Shown: positions 25,684 through 38,945, counted from the whole stretch's first letter. The stretch is 63,984 bases of DNA, filler included, from Octopus bimaculoides (GCF_001194135.2; 7 parts of 5 records of this genome joined end to end with filler, not necessarily neighbours in it), one strand, 5' to 3'. Notes: a model not told the origin generated them from the letters alone. Numbers and translations: made by a program.

Positions 25684-26810
25684 TCATCATCATCATTTAA
25701 TGTCTGCTTCCCATGCTAGCATGGGTTGGACAATTTGACTGAAGACTGGTAAACCAGATGGCTGCATGGAAGCCAGTCAAGGCGGCGCTGGCATCAGCCA
25801 TGTTCGGTGTTTTTTATGTGCCAACATAAACGGGGATCACAACTACAATTTCCATTTGATTTTGATTTTGATGTACTTGACTCAGTAGGTCTCCTCAAGC
25901 ACGGCATGTCACCCTACGACCCAAGGTACTTTGAGTGAGCTGGTTATGGGACACTGGTGTAGGTTACAGCTGTGAACTCACTTTATTTGCCGGGTCTTCT
26001 TCATCACAGCATATCTTGGTCTTTTGTCATTGCCTCTGTGAGGCCCAACGTTCGAAGGTCATGCTTCACCACTGCATCCCATGTCTTCCTGGGTCTCCCT
26101 CTACCCCGGATTCCTTCCACTGTTTGGGAGTGGCACTTCTTCACACAGATCTCCTCATCCATCCGTAGTACATAACTATACCAACGCAAACGTCCCTCTT
26201 GCATGCTACATTCGATGTGCACACTGACATTACACATCCAGCAGATCATACTAGCTGCATTTCTTTTGAGCCTACACATATCTTCAGCAGTCACGGCCTG
26301 TGTTTCACTGCCATGAAGCATGGCAGTTTGCACACATGCATTGTACAATCAATCTACCTTTCACTCTGAGCGAGAGGCCTTTGTCAACAGTAGGAGTAGA
26401 AGCTTTCTGAACTTTGCCCAGGCTATTCTTATTCTAGTGGTAACACTCTCAGAGCATCCACCCCTACTACAGACTTGGTCACCTATGTAGCGGAAGCTAT
26501 CAACTACTTCTAGTTTCTCCCCCTGGCATGTGATGGAATCTGTTTTCTGAGCATCCGTGGTGTTTATTGCCCCAGTGCATCTGCCACACATGAAAGCTAT
26601 CTTCTCAGTTAATTTCCCTTTGATGTTGCTGCATCTCTTATGTATCCATAGCTTACACTGGGTACATTTTACAGAGTTTCAACCTACACCTTTTCTACAG
26701 ACTGAGCAGAGCCACCTACCTGAAGGGGTGTATGATGTGTTCGCCTTCCTACTTACTAGAACTTTGGTCTTTGCAACATTGACTCTAGGGCCCTTATACT
26801 CATTTTATCC
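25684..26810 (-). mobile_element. 5'-truncated RTE-clade LINE with frameshifted ORF2 C-terminus
   Basis: GEKLEVVDSFRYIGDQV...TRIRIAWAKFRKLL, YNACVQTAMLHGSET, RLRWYSYVLRM...RGRGRPRKTW, plus 3' UTR and (GAT)n tail. Confidence 0.92.
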
Positions 26811-26921
26811 TTTTTCATATTTTATTTGTATCGACCGTGCGGAAGGAGAGGTGACAAGAATGGCTCCTTTAGTACATCACAACAAGGTCGATACAAATAA
26901 AATATGAAAAGGGATAAATGC

Positions 26922-27775
26922 TGTATTTAGAAGGAAAAGAGAGACACAACCGGTAGAGTGTTTAAGAGAAGATTTTATTTATAGGTTAACGTGTGTGTCT
27001 GTGTGTGCAACGTACAAACATAATAATAGACAGGCCATCATGTATACAAAGTGTGTATGTACAAACATGGATGTATGTGTGTGCAATAAGTACAGAGCAT
27101 GAAGAGAGTATGACGTTAGAAGAAAGTCCAGACACAAGGATGATAAATACCAGTTCGTAGTCAAGGTACACAGTAGTTGAAGTGCTGTATCAAGAAGTTG
27201 AGGCTGCAATGCAGAGCCGGGGAGAGGCACATGTCGTATAAGAAGTTGTGACTACGATGACGAGCCGGTCTCTTGTTACAGAAGGGTCGCAGGTTGTACT
27301 TGTTGTTAACCATGGTGAAGTAATTCACAAACTGTGGATATAGAACCTGTGCGAGCATAGCGGGTTGGTGTGTACGTAGCAAGAAATTGATGTTGTTAAG
27401 AAGATGATGGTGGCGACAGAGATGGAGGTCCTGAATGCTGCTGGACGAAGTGTTGCTGAGTCTCCATGTGGCTGCTGTTGTGTCGTCACTGGAACTGGCA
27501 GTGTGCTCTGTGGTCAGTGGCTAAACCTCAGAAGGTCTGTAGCCGAAAGACCTTGAGATGGTGTGAAGCTAGCATCTTATAGTGGGCTGTCAGCTGACTG
27601 GAAGTTTAGAAAAGACTGTCTCATGTGACCTCATCTGAAGGCTGTGATTGGTTGGGTTGCATCTTGGCGCGCAATAGGGCAAGAAACAACTTGAGCCAAT
27701 AGCAAACAATCAGAGTAGTGGACACAACAGGGTCCAAAGTGCAGCCGAAGGCTAGCTGTTATCTACTATGTCCGT
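26922..27775 (-). mobile_element. Solo-LTR-like segment
   Basis: On the minus strand: CCAAT at 27651-27647, TATAAG at about 27581-27576, AATAAA at 26979-26974, ending ...TACA. It is richer in GC than its flanks. No target-site duplication was found. Confidence 0.45.
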
Positions 27776-27788
27776 ATTTATGTATATA

Positions 27789-28001
27789 CAGAGTGTCCAT
27801 AAGGTCTGGGTACATGGAGTAAATAAAACCATAATATAAACAATTAAATATAAGAAATAATAATTTCTTAAAGTATGTGTTAATCCCCATGTGGGTACAT
27901 GGAGTAAATAAAATCATAACATAAACAATTAAATATAAGAAATAATAATGTTTTTAAAGTATGTGTTAATCCCCATGTACCCAGACTTTGTGGACACCCT
28001 G
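27789..28001. mobile_element. Tc1/mariner-type MITE with internal tandem duplication
   Basis: TA|CAGAGTGTCCATAAGGTCTGGGTACATGG ... CCATGTACCCAGACTTTGTGGACACCCTG|TA; an internal segment of about 85 bp is present twice. Confidence 0.85.
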
Positions 28002-28114
28002 TATAACAGAGAGAGAGAGGAGAATTTCCCTAAAGGCGTTCGCTACACCAGCATGGAAACAGACACTAAATGATTTGTCTAATATTATTTTATTTTTATA
28101 GTTTAGTAATATTA

Positions 28115-28750
28115 GGAGGCGCAATGGCCCAGTGGTTAGGGCAGCGGACTCGCGATCATAGGATCGCGGTTTTGATTCCCAGACCGGGCGTTGTGAGTGT
28201 TTATTGAGCGAAAACACCTAAAGCTCCACGAGGCTCCGGCAGGGGATGGTGGCGAACCCTGCTGTACTCTTTCACCACAACTTTCTCTCACTCTTTCTTC
28301 CTGTTTCTGTTGTGCCTGTATTTCAAAGGGTCAGCCTTGTCACACTGTGTCACTCTGAATATCCCCGAGAACTACGTTAAGGGTACACGTGTCTGTGGAG
28401 TGCTCAGCCACTTGCNNNNNNNNNNTTGTGAGTGTTTATTGAGCGAAAACACCTAAAGCTCCACGAGGCTCCGGCAGGGGATGGTGGCGAACCCTGCTGT
28501 ACTCTTTCACCACAACTTTCTCTCACTCTTTCTTCCTGTTTCTGTTGTGCCTGTATTTCAAAGGGTCAGCCTTGTCACACTGTGTCACTCTGAATATCCC
28601 CGAGAACTACGTTAAGGGTACACGTGTCTGTGGAGTGCTCAGCCACTTGCACGTTAGTTTCATGAGCAGGCTGTTCCGTTGATCGGATCAACTGGAACCC
28701 TCGATGTCGTAAGCGACAGAATGCCAACAACAACAACAACAACAACAACA
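28115..28750 (+). mobile_element. tRNA-headed SINE family C, body type 1; middle duplicated across a gap
   Basis: A box TGGCCCAGTGG, B-box-like GTTTTGATTCC, GAGCGAAAACACCTAAAGCTCC body, GATCGGATCAACTGGAACCC tail, then (AAC)n. Confidence 0.85.
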
Positions 28751-28784
28751 GTAATATTATCTTAAATACTGTCAAGTTACTTAC

Positions 28785-29168
28785 TCTTTTCTGCTGGAAT
28801 TGATGATCCATTCACCATTGCTGATGCCATGTCTGCCTCCAATGTTGTTATTTTTGGCGATGTAGCTTGTGTTTCTGTTCCTGTTGATGCTGTACTTGTC
28901 GTTTCTGTTTTGATTGTTGTTTCTATTGTCGGTGTTGTTACAGTAGTATCAATAGTTGTTGTTGTTGGTCTTCTTTTAGTAGTAGTGGTAGTAGTAGTAG
29001 TAGTAGCAGCAGTAGTAGAAGTAGTAGCAGTAGTAGTAGTAGCAGTAGTAGAAGTAGTAGCAGTAGTAGTAGAAGTAGTATCTGTTGTATTCGTTGGTTC
29101 TAGTGTGGATGTTATTAATGATTGTGTTGTGTTTATTGGTGATATGGTTGTATCTCTATATTCAGAAC
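28785..29168 (-). CDS. Thr-rich mucin-like stalk exon of a membrane glycoprotein
   Basis: Acceptor atttttctttttaaaacAG, donor GTAAGT, 384 nt, phase 1-1. Reads GSEYRDTTISPINTT...TTTTTKRRPTTTT...SSIPAEK, with NTT and NGS sequons. Confidence 0.85.
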
Positions 29169-29299
29169 CTGTTTTAAAAAGAAAAATATTGATTGCCAGT
29201 GTTTTATACTGATTTCCTTGTTTAATATCATCATCACCATCCTTTGGCATCTATTTACCATTCTAAATTTAAGAGATAAGGAATTATGTACATTATTTA

Positions 29300-29653
29300 C
29301 GAGCTTACGCATGTCCTCAGCAGCCACAGCCCATGTTTCACTGCCATGTAGCATGGTTGTTCGTACTGTATGATGCATGCGTACGAACAACCATGCTACA
29401 TGGCAGTGAAACATGGGCTGTGGCTGCTGAGGACATGCGTAAGCTCGCAAGGAATGAAGCCAGTATGCTCCGTTGGATGTGTAATGTCAATGTGAATACC
29501 CGTCAGAGTGTAGGTATCTTGAGAGAAAGGCTGAACATTAGAAGCGTCAGTTGTGGCGTGCAAGAGAGACGATTGCGCTGGTATGGACATGTGGTGAGAA
29601 TGGAGGAGGATAGCTGCGTGAAAAAGTGCCACACCCTAACAGTTGAGGGAGCC
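29300..29653 (+). mobile_element. RTE LINE fragment with an inverted 5' segment
   Basis: LYDACVRTTMLHGSETWAV...RRLRWYGHVVRMEEDSCVKKC; 29300-29366 is the exact reverse complement of 29381-29447. Confidence 0.9.
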
Positions 29654-29753
29654 NNNNNNNNNNNNNNNNNNNNNNNNNNNNNNNNNNNNNNNNNNNNTTA
29701 ATTAATTAANNNNNNNNNNNNNNNNNNNNNNNNNNNNNNNNNNNNNNNNNNNN

Positions 29754-29829
<76 letters not shown>

Positions 29830-30108
29830 GATCAAAACAGTTTGATTCAAATTCGTTAGTACTCTTGTCTTTCAATCGCGATGCTAGTCGTTAGCCATTA
29901 TATATATATATTTTTCATTTATGTGCATACATACATGTGCACATATATGTGAGCTTCTTAAATGTTTTATATATTTTCAATATTCCCCTCTTGGTTTTAA
30001 ACTGTAATTTATTAATCGGCTGTCTCCTTCTGAACTTGTGAATTTCACTTTTTTCTCAAAATTGGTTGAGTATGTATGTATCTATGTATGTATGTATGTA
30101 TGTATGTA

Positions 30109-30168
<60 letters not shown>

Positions 30169-30485
30169 CATGCATGCATGTATTTATCTATCTATGTATC
30201 TATCTATCTATATGTATAATATTTGTATGTAGACACAGATATAATATACCAATGAATGAAGCAGACATCTAATATCTTTTGTTTTTGTGGTTACTTTTCT
30301 CTGCTTTATATCTATGAAGGGAACTAAGAAATGTTCGTTTATGAAGTTTGGTAGTCAATTAGACTTTTTTTGTTTAGAATTGGTCAATTTTTAAACGTTT
30401 TCATTTAACATAATAAATTGCATTTCTTGGTTTCAAGATTGGGAATAAATGATTATGGGATTTCACTGTCTATCTGTATACAAAT

Positions 30486-30640
30486 GAGTGGTTGTGTGGT
30501 AAGAAACTTGCTTGTCAGCCACATGGTTCCGGTTTCAGTCCCACTGCGTGGGACCTTGGCCAAGTATCTTCTATAGCCTCGGGCTGACCAAAGCCTTTGT
30601 GAGTTGATTTGGTAGACGGAAACTGAAAGAGGCCCGTTGT

Positions 30641-30681
<41 letters not shown>

Positions 30682-30880
30682 TGTGTATGTTTGTGTGCTT
30701 GTTTCCCCATCATCACTTGACAACCGATGTTGATGTGTTTACGTCCCCGTAACTTAGCGGTTCGGCAAAAGTAACTGAAAGAATAAGTACTAGGGTTGCA
30801 AATCGGGTCCATTTGTTCGACTAAAGGTGGTGCTCCAGCATGGCCGCAGTCAAATGACTGAAACCTGTAAAAGAGTAAAT
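30486..30880 (+). mobile_element. SINE family A, near full length
   Basis: Head, ACCTTGGCCAAGTATCTTCTATAGCC body, (TA)n and tail are all present. Confidence 0.85.
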
Positions 30881-30910
30881 TGAAAACTGAAATTTAATGT
30901 AGATACTGAT

Positions 30911-30963
<53 letters not shown>

Positions 30964-33900
30964 CGTCTAAGTGGTCGCTCAATCTGCTAGAAATAACAGC
31001 CAAATATCTTTCAAATATATTCTATTATTATTTTATGTAAACGATGAATGACAGAGTTATTTACGTTCTTAGTTACATCTCATTAGTTACTCTGACGTAT
31101 TCTGATTACTTTATATTAGCATTCCAATAATTCTAACGTAAGAAAAGAAATCATCTGCTAAAGTTTTTGAATTAAAGAGTAGATAGCACGCTAATTAGAA
31201 TGCTTCACGTTATTAGTCCCAACTCTCGGCACTCTGAGTTAAAGTCCTGTTGAGGTCAGCATTTTTCTTCCATCTATTCTGAATTGATAAAAAAAATGTA
31301 TTTTTAAAGAGCAGTGGTATAGCAGAACTATTAGAGGGCCAGACAAGATACCTTGCAGTTATTTCTTCCGTGTCTTTACGTTTTGGCAGCAGCGACTGCA
31401 AGGACACAGATGCCAAACTGAATCAACTAAAGTCAGCTGCCTTCCTAGTGATAAACGTCGATTACGCGGAGAGAGACTTGTATGCATTGTCAACTGCCAG
31501 ACGTCCTCACAAAACGTTTGCCCAAGCATGCACAAAATCGCGTTGACGCATAGTCAAACTTAACTATCAGAGGTCCTATGTAATTTCTCCTACAATCCTG
31601 TGAGTAATTCTCTATGCATCAATAATCAAGATATTCTTTTCGTATAAAGAATCATTGCAATATTATCATGTGTGTTTCACCTAACTCTAACGAATGATAT
31701 TGAAACTAAGATTGTTAACAAAGTTTTGAACTTAAACCCAACTAAAACCTATGCATTATAGCAGGAATTTATTGATCTGCTTTTTTCCATACTTTGAAAT
31801 GCTATAGTTACAATTTGCTTTCGCCATCTTTGATTAACTCTCCTGGCGTTACATTCATAACATAACAAATACTAACCACCTTATTTTCATGACCTGGAAA
31901 TATTTTATCTGTGTGTAACCGGCGATGGATATCTTCTCACAATGCCTTCTGCCACTATTATAACATTCTCTGTTCCTCGGAACAAGCTAGTTGCTATGTC
32001 CCGAACCACCCACTCGAAACAGTTTGTTCTCTTTTCAACAATGACTATGTATTCATTATTCTCTTTCGATATTTGCTTCCTGCCGATATCGTCAAAATAA
32101 ACACCAGTCATATTATTTCTACTAATCTTCAGAGTCTGCAAAACTATAGGTACTGCCCCACCTTCAAGCAAAACCCTAACAGTAATTCTATAGGCCAGTA
32201 CGCATCTCGCTTTAGTCAATAACCTGTAAGATATCAGAAATGTATAATTAAATGTTATAATATGTTAAATTAGTAATGATATGAAAGAAATATAAAATGC
32301 GTTTTGATAATCATTTGATTACATGATCCAGTCATATGATATGTCGAATTCGTTTCAAAATATTAATTAAATTCAACGGGTACAATTTCAACAATTACAT
32401 TTCTTATTTTATTACATTATTTAAAATATACTGTTCTGTTATTCGGATAATATTTTAATCAAAACCAAGCTGTACATTAATATAAACATATAACCAAAAT
32501 AACTTAACTATGTTGATGTATTTTATCTTCTTAGAATGCATAAAGTATACTTTGATCTTCATTCCATTTTGCATTGTATATGATATGCAAGTAAACTGAC
32601 AATATACCCGCCCACTTCATTATAAGCAATTTATTAAACTTCGATTAAACAATAAAATATTCACAGGTGAGTATTCAATAACATATAATACCCAGTAATG
32701 AAGTAATTAAACACATACTTGATTTAAAATATGCATCGGAAGTCTCAAATGTCTGAGTAGCATACCACAGAGTTGAACTTAGAAAAACTTTCATTGGTTT
32801 TTAACACGTTATATTTCAGAAAGTGTTTAAATAACACTCATTCAATATTTTCATTTGAGACTATTGACATTTCTTCTGAGCTTTTTACTTCTCATATTTT
32901 GCCATACAAATATACAAAACACTCCATTTCGTTGCCAGATGAATGTTAAATTCAGTTAAAGGAAGTATCAGATGGATATTAATAGATGGTACGTGTACTG
33001 TGGCACAACCAACTAAATTTATCAATCGTTGGTAACAAGGCACAGCAAATAATTTTTATGTTACTTGCCAATTGAGGCACAAGTCTCTAGAGAAGTATTT
33101 TGATCCAAACTATTAATGGCAGTACGTTACTCGTATATTATTTTATCAATGTCAAAAGAATGAAAGCAAAATTCTCTTCGGCAGGATATGGACTCAGGAC
33201 GTAAAGAGCCGGGTCAAATATTACAAGGCATTTTATCCGACGCTACAACAATTCTGCAAGACCACCGTCTTTTCATTATATCTTATATACCTCCGCGCAT
33301 ATACTAACGTTGTGTCCATATTCAACAATTCATATAGCACAGACACAGTCGAATATATTCAAAGAGACATAAATAATACAATTTATTCACAGATCAGCAT
33401 ACAGGTGTACATATTTTCAGACAGTCACTTATAAACACAATTCAACGACCAACACGTAAAGAAACTTATTGTCTATTTTAGAAGACCGAACTATCTAATA
33501 TTTTAAATTATTGCTTCTTTCAAAGTTGAAGAAAATATATCAAAATTGCTAAAAGTTTTATATTTCAAAAACCTGCATTACGGTGTCGATTAATCTAGAA
33601 TCTAAAGCCAAATAAAACAGGTGCAGACGTAAGAGGAAGTAGCTCTTTAGTTGTTCGACAATATGATCGGTTTCACATCACACATTAGACAACTGGATGG
33701 TTATCAAATAAATGTATATACTCTTCAGAGACAGCAGTTACGGAGAAAGTAATGGTGCTCTCTGCTACTAGGTGAGGAAATGTTTCATCTGGCGCGTCTT
33801 TTTTACAGAGCCCACAAACCGGATGCAACACTTCCTCGCCCCCCCCCCCCNNNNNNNNNNNNNCAACCACCCAATAATAGAGAGTAATCGCCATATTTTT

Positions 33901-36900
33901 GCTTCACTTGCTTCTTCTGAGAAGTACACGTATTAGAGAAATGTATAGATGCGTTTCTCTAATACGTTGGTGCATAACTGATTGTTATCACCGGCTATAA
34001 TGGACCTTTAATACTGTAAATTTTGAATAGTATATTTATATATACGCGCACGCACACACACACATGTGTGTGTGTATATATGTAATATCAGAGTTGACTT
34101 AATCACGAAGACTATCTATTATGGACATTTCAATAGATTTTTGTCTTCATTACAGTTTTCTGCAGCTATGTTAAATGTGAAATGAGAGAAGAATAAAAGA
34201 ACCACATAGAATAGCACGAGATGAGGCGGCGTACATGGAGCTTTTTTATATTGAATGTATATCGTAATGAGGTCGGTATGGCATATCTGGGAGACAACGT
34301 TATTTTTATAATGAAATTATTTTTCAGCCGATGCATATGTATCCAAGAACAACAATAACATTTAATGCAACAATGGGAATCGGGGCCACTTTTATCACAC
34401 CACGTTATTTCTAAGCGCATAACCATTGCGGTTGTGCTGAAAACAAATTTTCACGAACATCTTTACTAACACGTTTGGGAACATTCAGTGAAAGTTCGTA
34501 AAATATTCATGCTATGCAATCACGTGTGAGCACTTCTGTATGCACATTGATTTATTGTATAAGTCTAGATTTTCCCAAAGAAAGTTCAATGAATTGTTTC
34601 AACATTTAAGCATAGATGAAATTAGCGAATAACAGTAACTCTATGCTACCTTGACGAAAACCAGTCTCTCGCTTTGGGTTCTGAGGCATAACAAAGAATA
34701 AAATTGAGATCCAGTGCTGACGACTGTCAGAACAAATTATGGACAGCAATTTGAGTCAAATTCTTTATATGGAAAGTGAATCGTTATCGCAAAAAAGGTA
34801 TGTATAGTGTAAGTAAATAAAATTATAATTAAAATCCTGTTCCTTTTCTCGGTTAGTGAAAGTGTAACTTTAGACTAACGTAGATGTATTCATAGCATAG
34901 ACTAAGAGACATATTGGACATGGTTTTAACATACAACAAATACATGACTTTAGCTTATTTATTCATTTCAGCTCAAGTCCCTCCACAAACGCTCTACTTT
35001 TAATCCAGAAAATAGTACGTCGATAGAATAATTACCAGAGTTGATGTACTTAGCTATACTCACAAGGCATTGACCCACCAAGGCCGTGACTAAGACCATT
35101 GTAAGAATAAAATAGTTTAAACATACATCAATCAATCTATCTCTCTTTGAAGATAATTGTGTACAAACTGATCTGGTATTCAACTTAACAGGGGTGGTTC
35201 ATACATTATAGCTATGTGAATACTTGTAGTAAATATTTCTGCTTTTAGCTATAGCAAAGAAATTTTAATAATTAATAAAGCTAAATTGTTGTTTCATTGC
35301 TTGTTTTTTCTTTGCTCACTGTTGTATAGATAATATATAAAAGACTTGTTTCATGGTGATAGAATAAATATCAATGCACATTAACCTATTATAGCTGCTA
35401 CTTGTAAACGCATATATACTAATTACTAAATAATAATTGTTTTTGGTGGAAATTCCACACAATACAATAAGTGGTTGAAATCGTTTATATATATAAACAT
35501 ATGTCTTATATATATATATATAAAATATATACACATATATAGAGAGAGAGACAGAGACAGAGACAGGCAAACAGACAAACAAAAAGATAGACAGACAGAA
35601 GTAGATACATAGGTAGATACCTACATATATAAATACATACACACACGCACGCGCGCATATACATACATGCATACATACATACATACATGCATACATACAT
35701 ACATTCATGCATACGTACGTACGTACATGAGTACATAATTACTATAATTTGTGAATAAGAGAAATACTGAGAAGCCTATGTTTATTGTACTAAGACACAT
35801 TTCTATTTGAGATATAAAATTGTAGGAAATGTATTTTTAGATTTGTGAAAACTAAGAGAATGTTCTGAAAAAAATTATCGTGACATAAATTCATAATACA
35901 TAAATTCGTCAAGTCGCTGAGAGAATCCGTTATGAAAATGAAATCTAACATATGTATGTATGTATGCGTAAGATCCATACCAATATATAGTCACACAGGC
36001 ATGCCTTCATTCATATTTAAGTATATTTTCCCGTGCATTCAATACGTGTCGGAGTGTTTGTATTCTCGTTCATACAAATCCACTCTATGTATTTGAATCA
36101 AGAAATTCAACAGGTGCAATTATACCAATACAAGTATAAGGTACATTTTCGGGAGAAGATGTATCTTATACATACCCGGAGTACGAGCTACAACTGTAGT
36201 CACCAAACTGTATTAAACTAATAGCAATTCAAGAATGCTTCCCGATGAAGTTCGCCTCAATAGGATAGCTAAGCTACGGTGGGGAAACTAAAAGCATTAC
36301 AAGTCTACAACCTGGAGACAAGAGGGAAAGCAATACAATGCTCTTTCCATGGAGCATCTATGAATGGCTCTCACCACATTTGGGTATTGTATGCTATACC
36401 AATCCCCGAAGTAGTCTTCATTTCATTGTCACGAATATCTTATTTTTCTCATTAAAATGAGGACCGCATCACAACTTTTTAATATCTAGTCAACGTAAGT
36501 TTTCTACGTGGAATGGATGTATCAGTATCCAAAATCACATGGATAACTTAATGACTGCGATTCCTGACAAGTCAACATCATGACAATAAATACAGGAGAG
36601 AGAGCACTGACATCACATTCTCTCGTTCACCAAAAATTAAGTAATGTTGCAACGGTAACAGACGTATAGACATGGCTACAACTCTTTAGATGGAACTAAT
36701 TAAATTAAAAAAGAAAAAATAGGCATACAGACGTGTATATAAGTATGTGTGTGTATATGTATGCATACACTCAAGTATGCACATATGTGAGGGTAATCAT
36801 TCAGGAATGTATACATATATGTATGAATATGTGTGTGTATGTGCGCACTAATGTGTGTGTGCGCGCAAGCGTATTGTTTTGTTAAAATGTTAAACCTAGT

Positions 36901-38640
36901 AGTCATCATAAAATTTGATGTGAAAAATAAGGAGATGCAAATAAATAATACCTGTATGTACTTTACAAGAGAATTTCGGCCTCGATCCGAAATAGGTTGT
37001 TTCATGCAAGAAAATGACACGAAGAAATATTTTATCACAACCGATTAATTTGTGAAATGAATTAGAACCAAATCTTCACTAATAACCTGAATTCCTTAGA
37101 AAGCAAAACTTCTACTACTATAAGAAAGAGAATTCTAGCACAAACTCAACAGTACATACACATACTCACTGCACACGCAAATAGGTATACAGCGATATAA
37201 TATTTCCATGTATATTCTTGCATAATGAACTGGAGACATAAAACGACAGTGTCCATACTAAATACATTGAGTGCAAGTCAAATGATATGTAAAAATCACT
37301 CTCGAACTATTAGTACACCTGCTCACTTTTGCTAACCGCTGCTATACCCGTGGTGTTCAAAGTACAGTTAGTTAAATTCTAGAAGCAAAATGTCATCTGA
37401 TTATACTTATTAGAATACTTCCGTAGCCATATTATAATGATTGAGCACATCAATATTCTCAATCGAATCAGCCTTTACATGGGACTCAACTTGCTAGAAA
37501 TAACAACTGAAATATTCATCAAATTTAACTGTACGAGCTCTTAAAAATGACTTGGCCGTCACAGTTGGAACATATTTGGTTGTTCGAGGTTTGCCTGGGG
37601 TTAAAGAAAAACAACGAAAACAGCAGCACAAAGCTAGTGTTTTATTGGTAATGGATATCGTCGATTAAACCAATCTCTACTATATAATTCATCGAACCCA
37701 AATGAATGAAAGCAAAAATCGATCCACGTGGTATTTAAACAGAATCGGAAAGGATTTTGTATACTATTTAACAGCATTTAACCCGATGCAACACTTTCAC
37801 AGACATTTCTATCTTTGTCATTTATATGCGATTTTCAAAAAGTAAATCAGCTACACCTATAAATGAATTGAATTTTCACATCGTAGCAATCAATAATGCT
37901 CTTTGTCAAATTGTGTTTTATGGGAAAGGTTTATGTGGATAAGATCCTAAGTTAAAACTGGAAGGAAACAATTTCCTAGTTTAAACAATTCAGTTAGTGT
38001 AATAAAATTTATAGAAATTTAATCTGTCCACTACAGTTTATATGACGACCAATAGGTGAATATGGTATGGTTCTTTTTTATTGAAAAGCAACGGTAAATA
38101 ACATCTCAGTGTTTTGCACACTGATCATTCTCGTAACATACTTTTACTTTGTTGATGAACAAACTCTCAATTTTATTGGCAATTTCTCCAGGAAGTCCTG
38201 TGAATTGTTTAATAGGCAAGGACAGAAGAGAATTTAGACTATAGATTTTGTAAATCCGAGATCATTTTCAAAAGACGCTGCTTCTACTGATGGGCATTAT
38301 TCTGTAATTATTCGGATGTTTATTGTAAATACTTATTAACGGAATTTAACGTGGCTTTATATTATTTCTTCAAGAAGCGATAAATAATAAATGAGAATTA
38401 GACAGAGATACTATTTTTTCAACTGAAGGATTATTGATCATATAAAGGCTTATTACCACTGCACTAACGTTTAGATTTACATAAAATACATTAATTTACT
38501 GAGTCTCGTTTTCTACATTTACAAGTGACTTGTTAATCAAGAACACGTATTTTTATCCATACGCAATTAAGAACTAACGCTTGCAGCTATTCTTCATTAT
38601 TAGTATACTAAATTTATCATCCAAGAATATATATATATTA

Positions 38641-38945
38641 TTTACGATAACCAGGGTTCCAGTTGATCCGAACAACGGAACAGCCTGCTCGTGAAATTAA
38701 CGTGTACCCTTGACGTAGTTCTCGGGGAGATTCGGCGTGACATAGATTGTGACAAGGCTGACCCTTTGAAATACAGGAACGACAGAAACAGGAAGAAAGA
38801 GTGAGAGAAAGTTGTGGTGAAAGAGTACAGTAGAGTACAGCCGAAGGCCTCGTGGAGCTTCAGGTGTTTTCGCTCAATAAACCCTCAGAACACCCGGTCT
38901 GGGAATCGAAACCGCTACCCTAACCACTGGAACACTGCACTTCCA
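38641..38945 (-). mobile_element. SINE family C, body type 1
   Basis: Reverse complement of the family C head, body and tail. Confidence 0.8.

Noticed and set aside
28115-28190. SINE heads as functional tRNA genes
   Set aside because: They have A/B boxes but no complete cloverleaf, and they continue directly into SINE bodies.
28195-28635. Apparent tandem duplication of the SINE C body (also AAATGGAAAAACTTTCAAAA at about 44115 and 44235)
   Set aside because: Near-identical sequence on both sides of a gap is typical of unmerged overlapping contig ends.
31380-31560. GC-richer stretch with Cys-containing or hydrophobic short frames on both strands
   Set aside because: Every candidate frame has nearby stops or a phase incompatible with exon 29168.
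33729-33771. 43-nt plus-strand segment with AG/GT boundaries
   Set aside because: Too short to judge, and no linked exons were identified.
34739-34797. Plus-strand ATG exon MDSNLSQILYMESESLSQK with donor AG|GTATGT
   Set aside because: No compatible downstream exon was found; plausible by chance.
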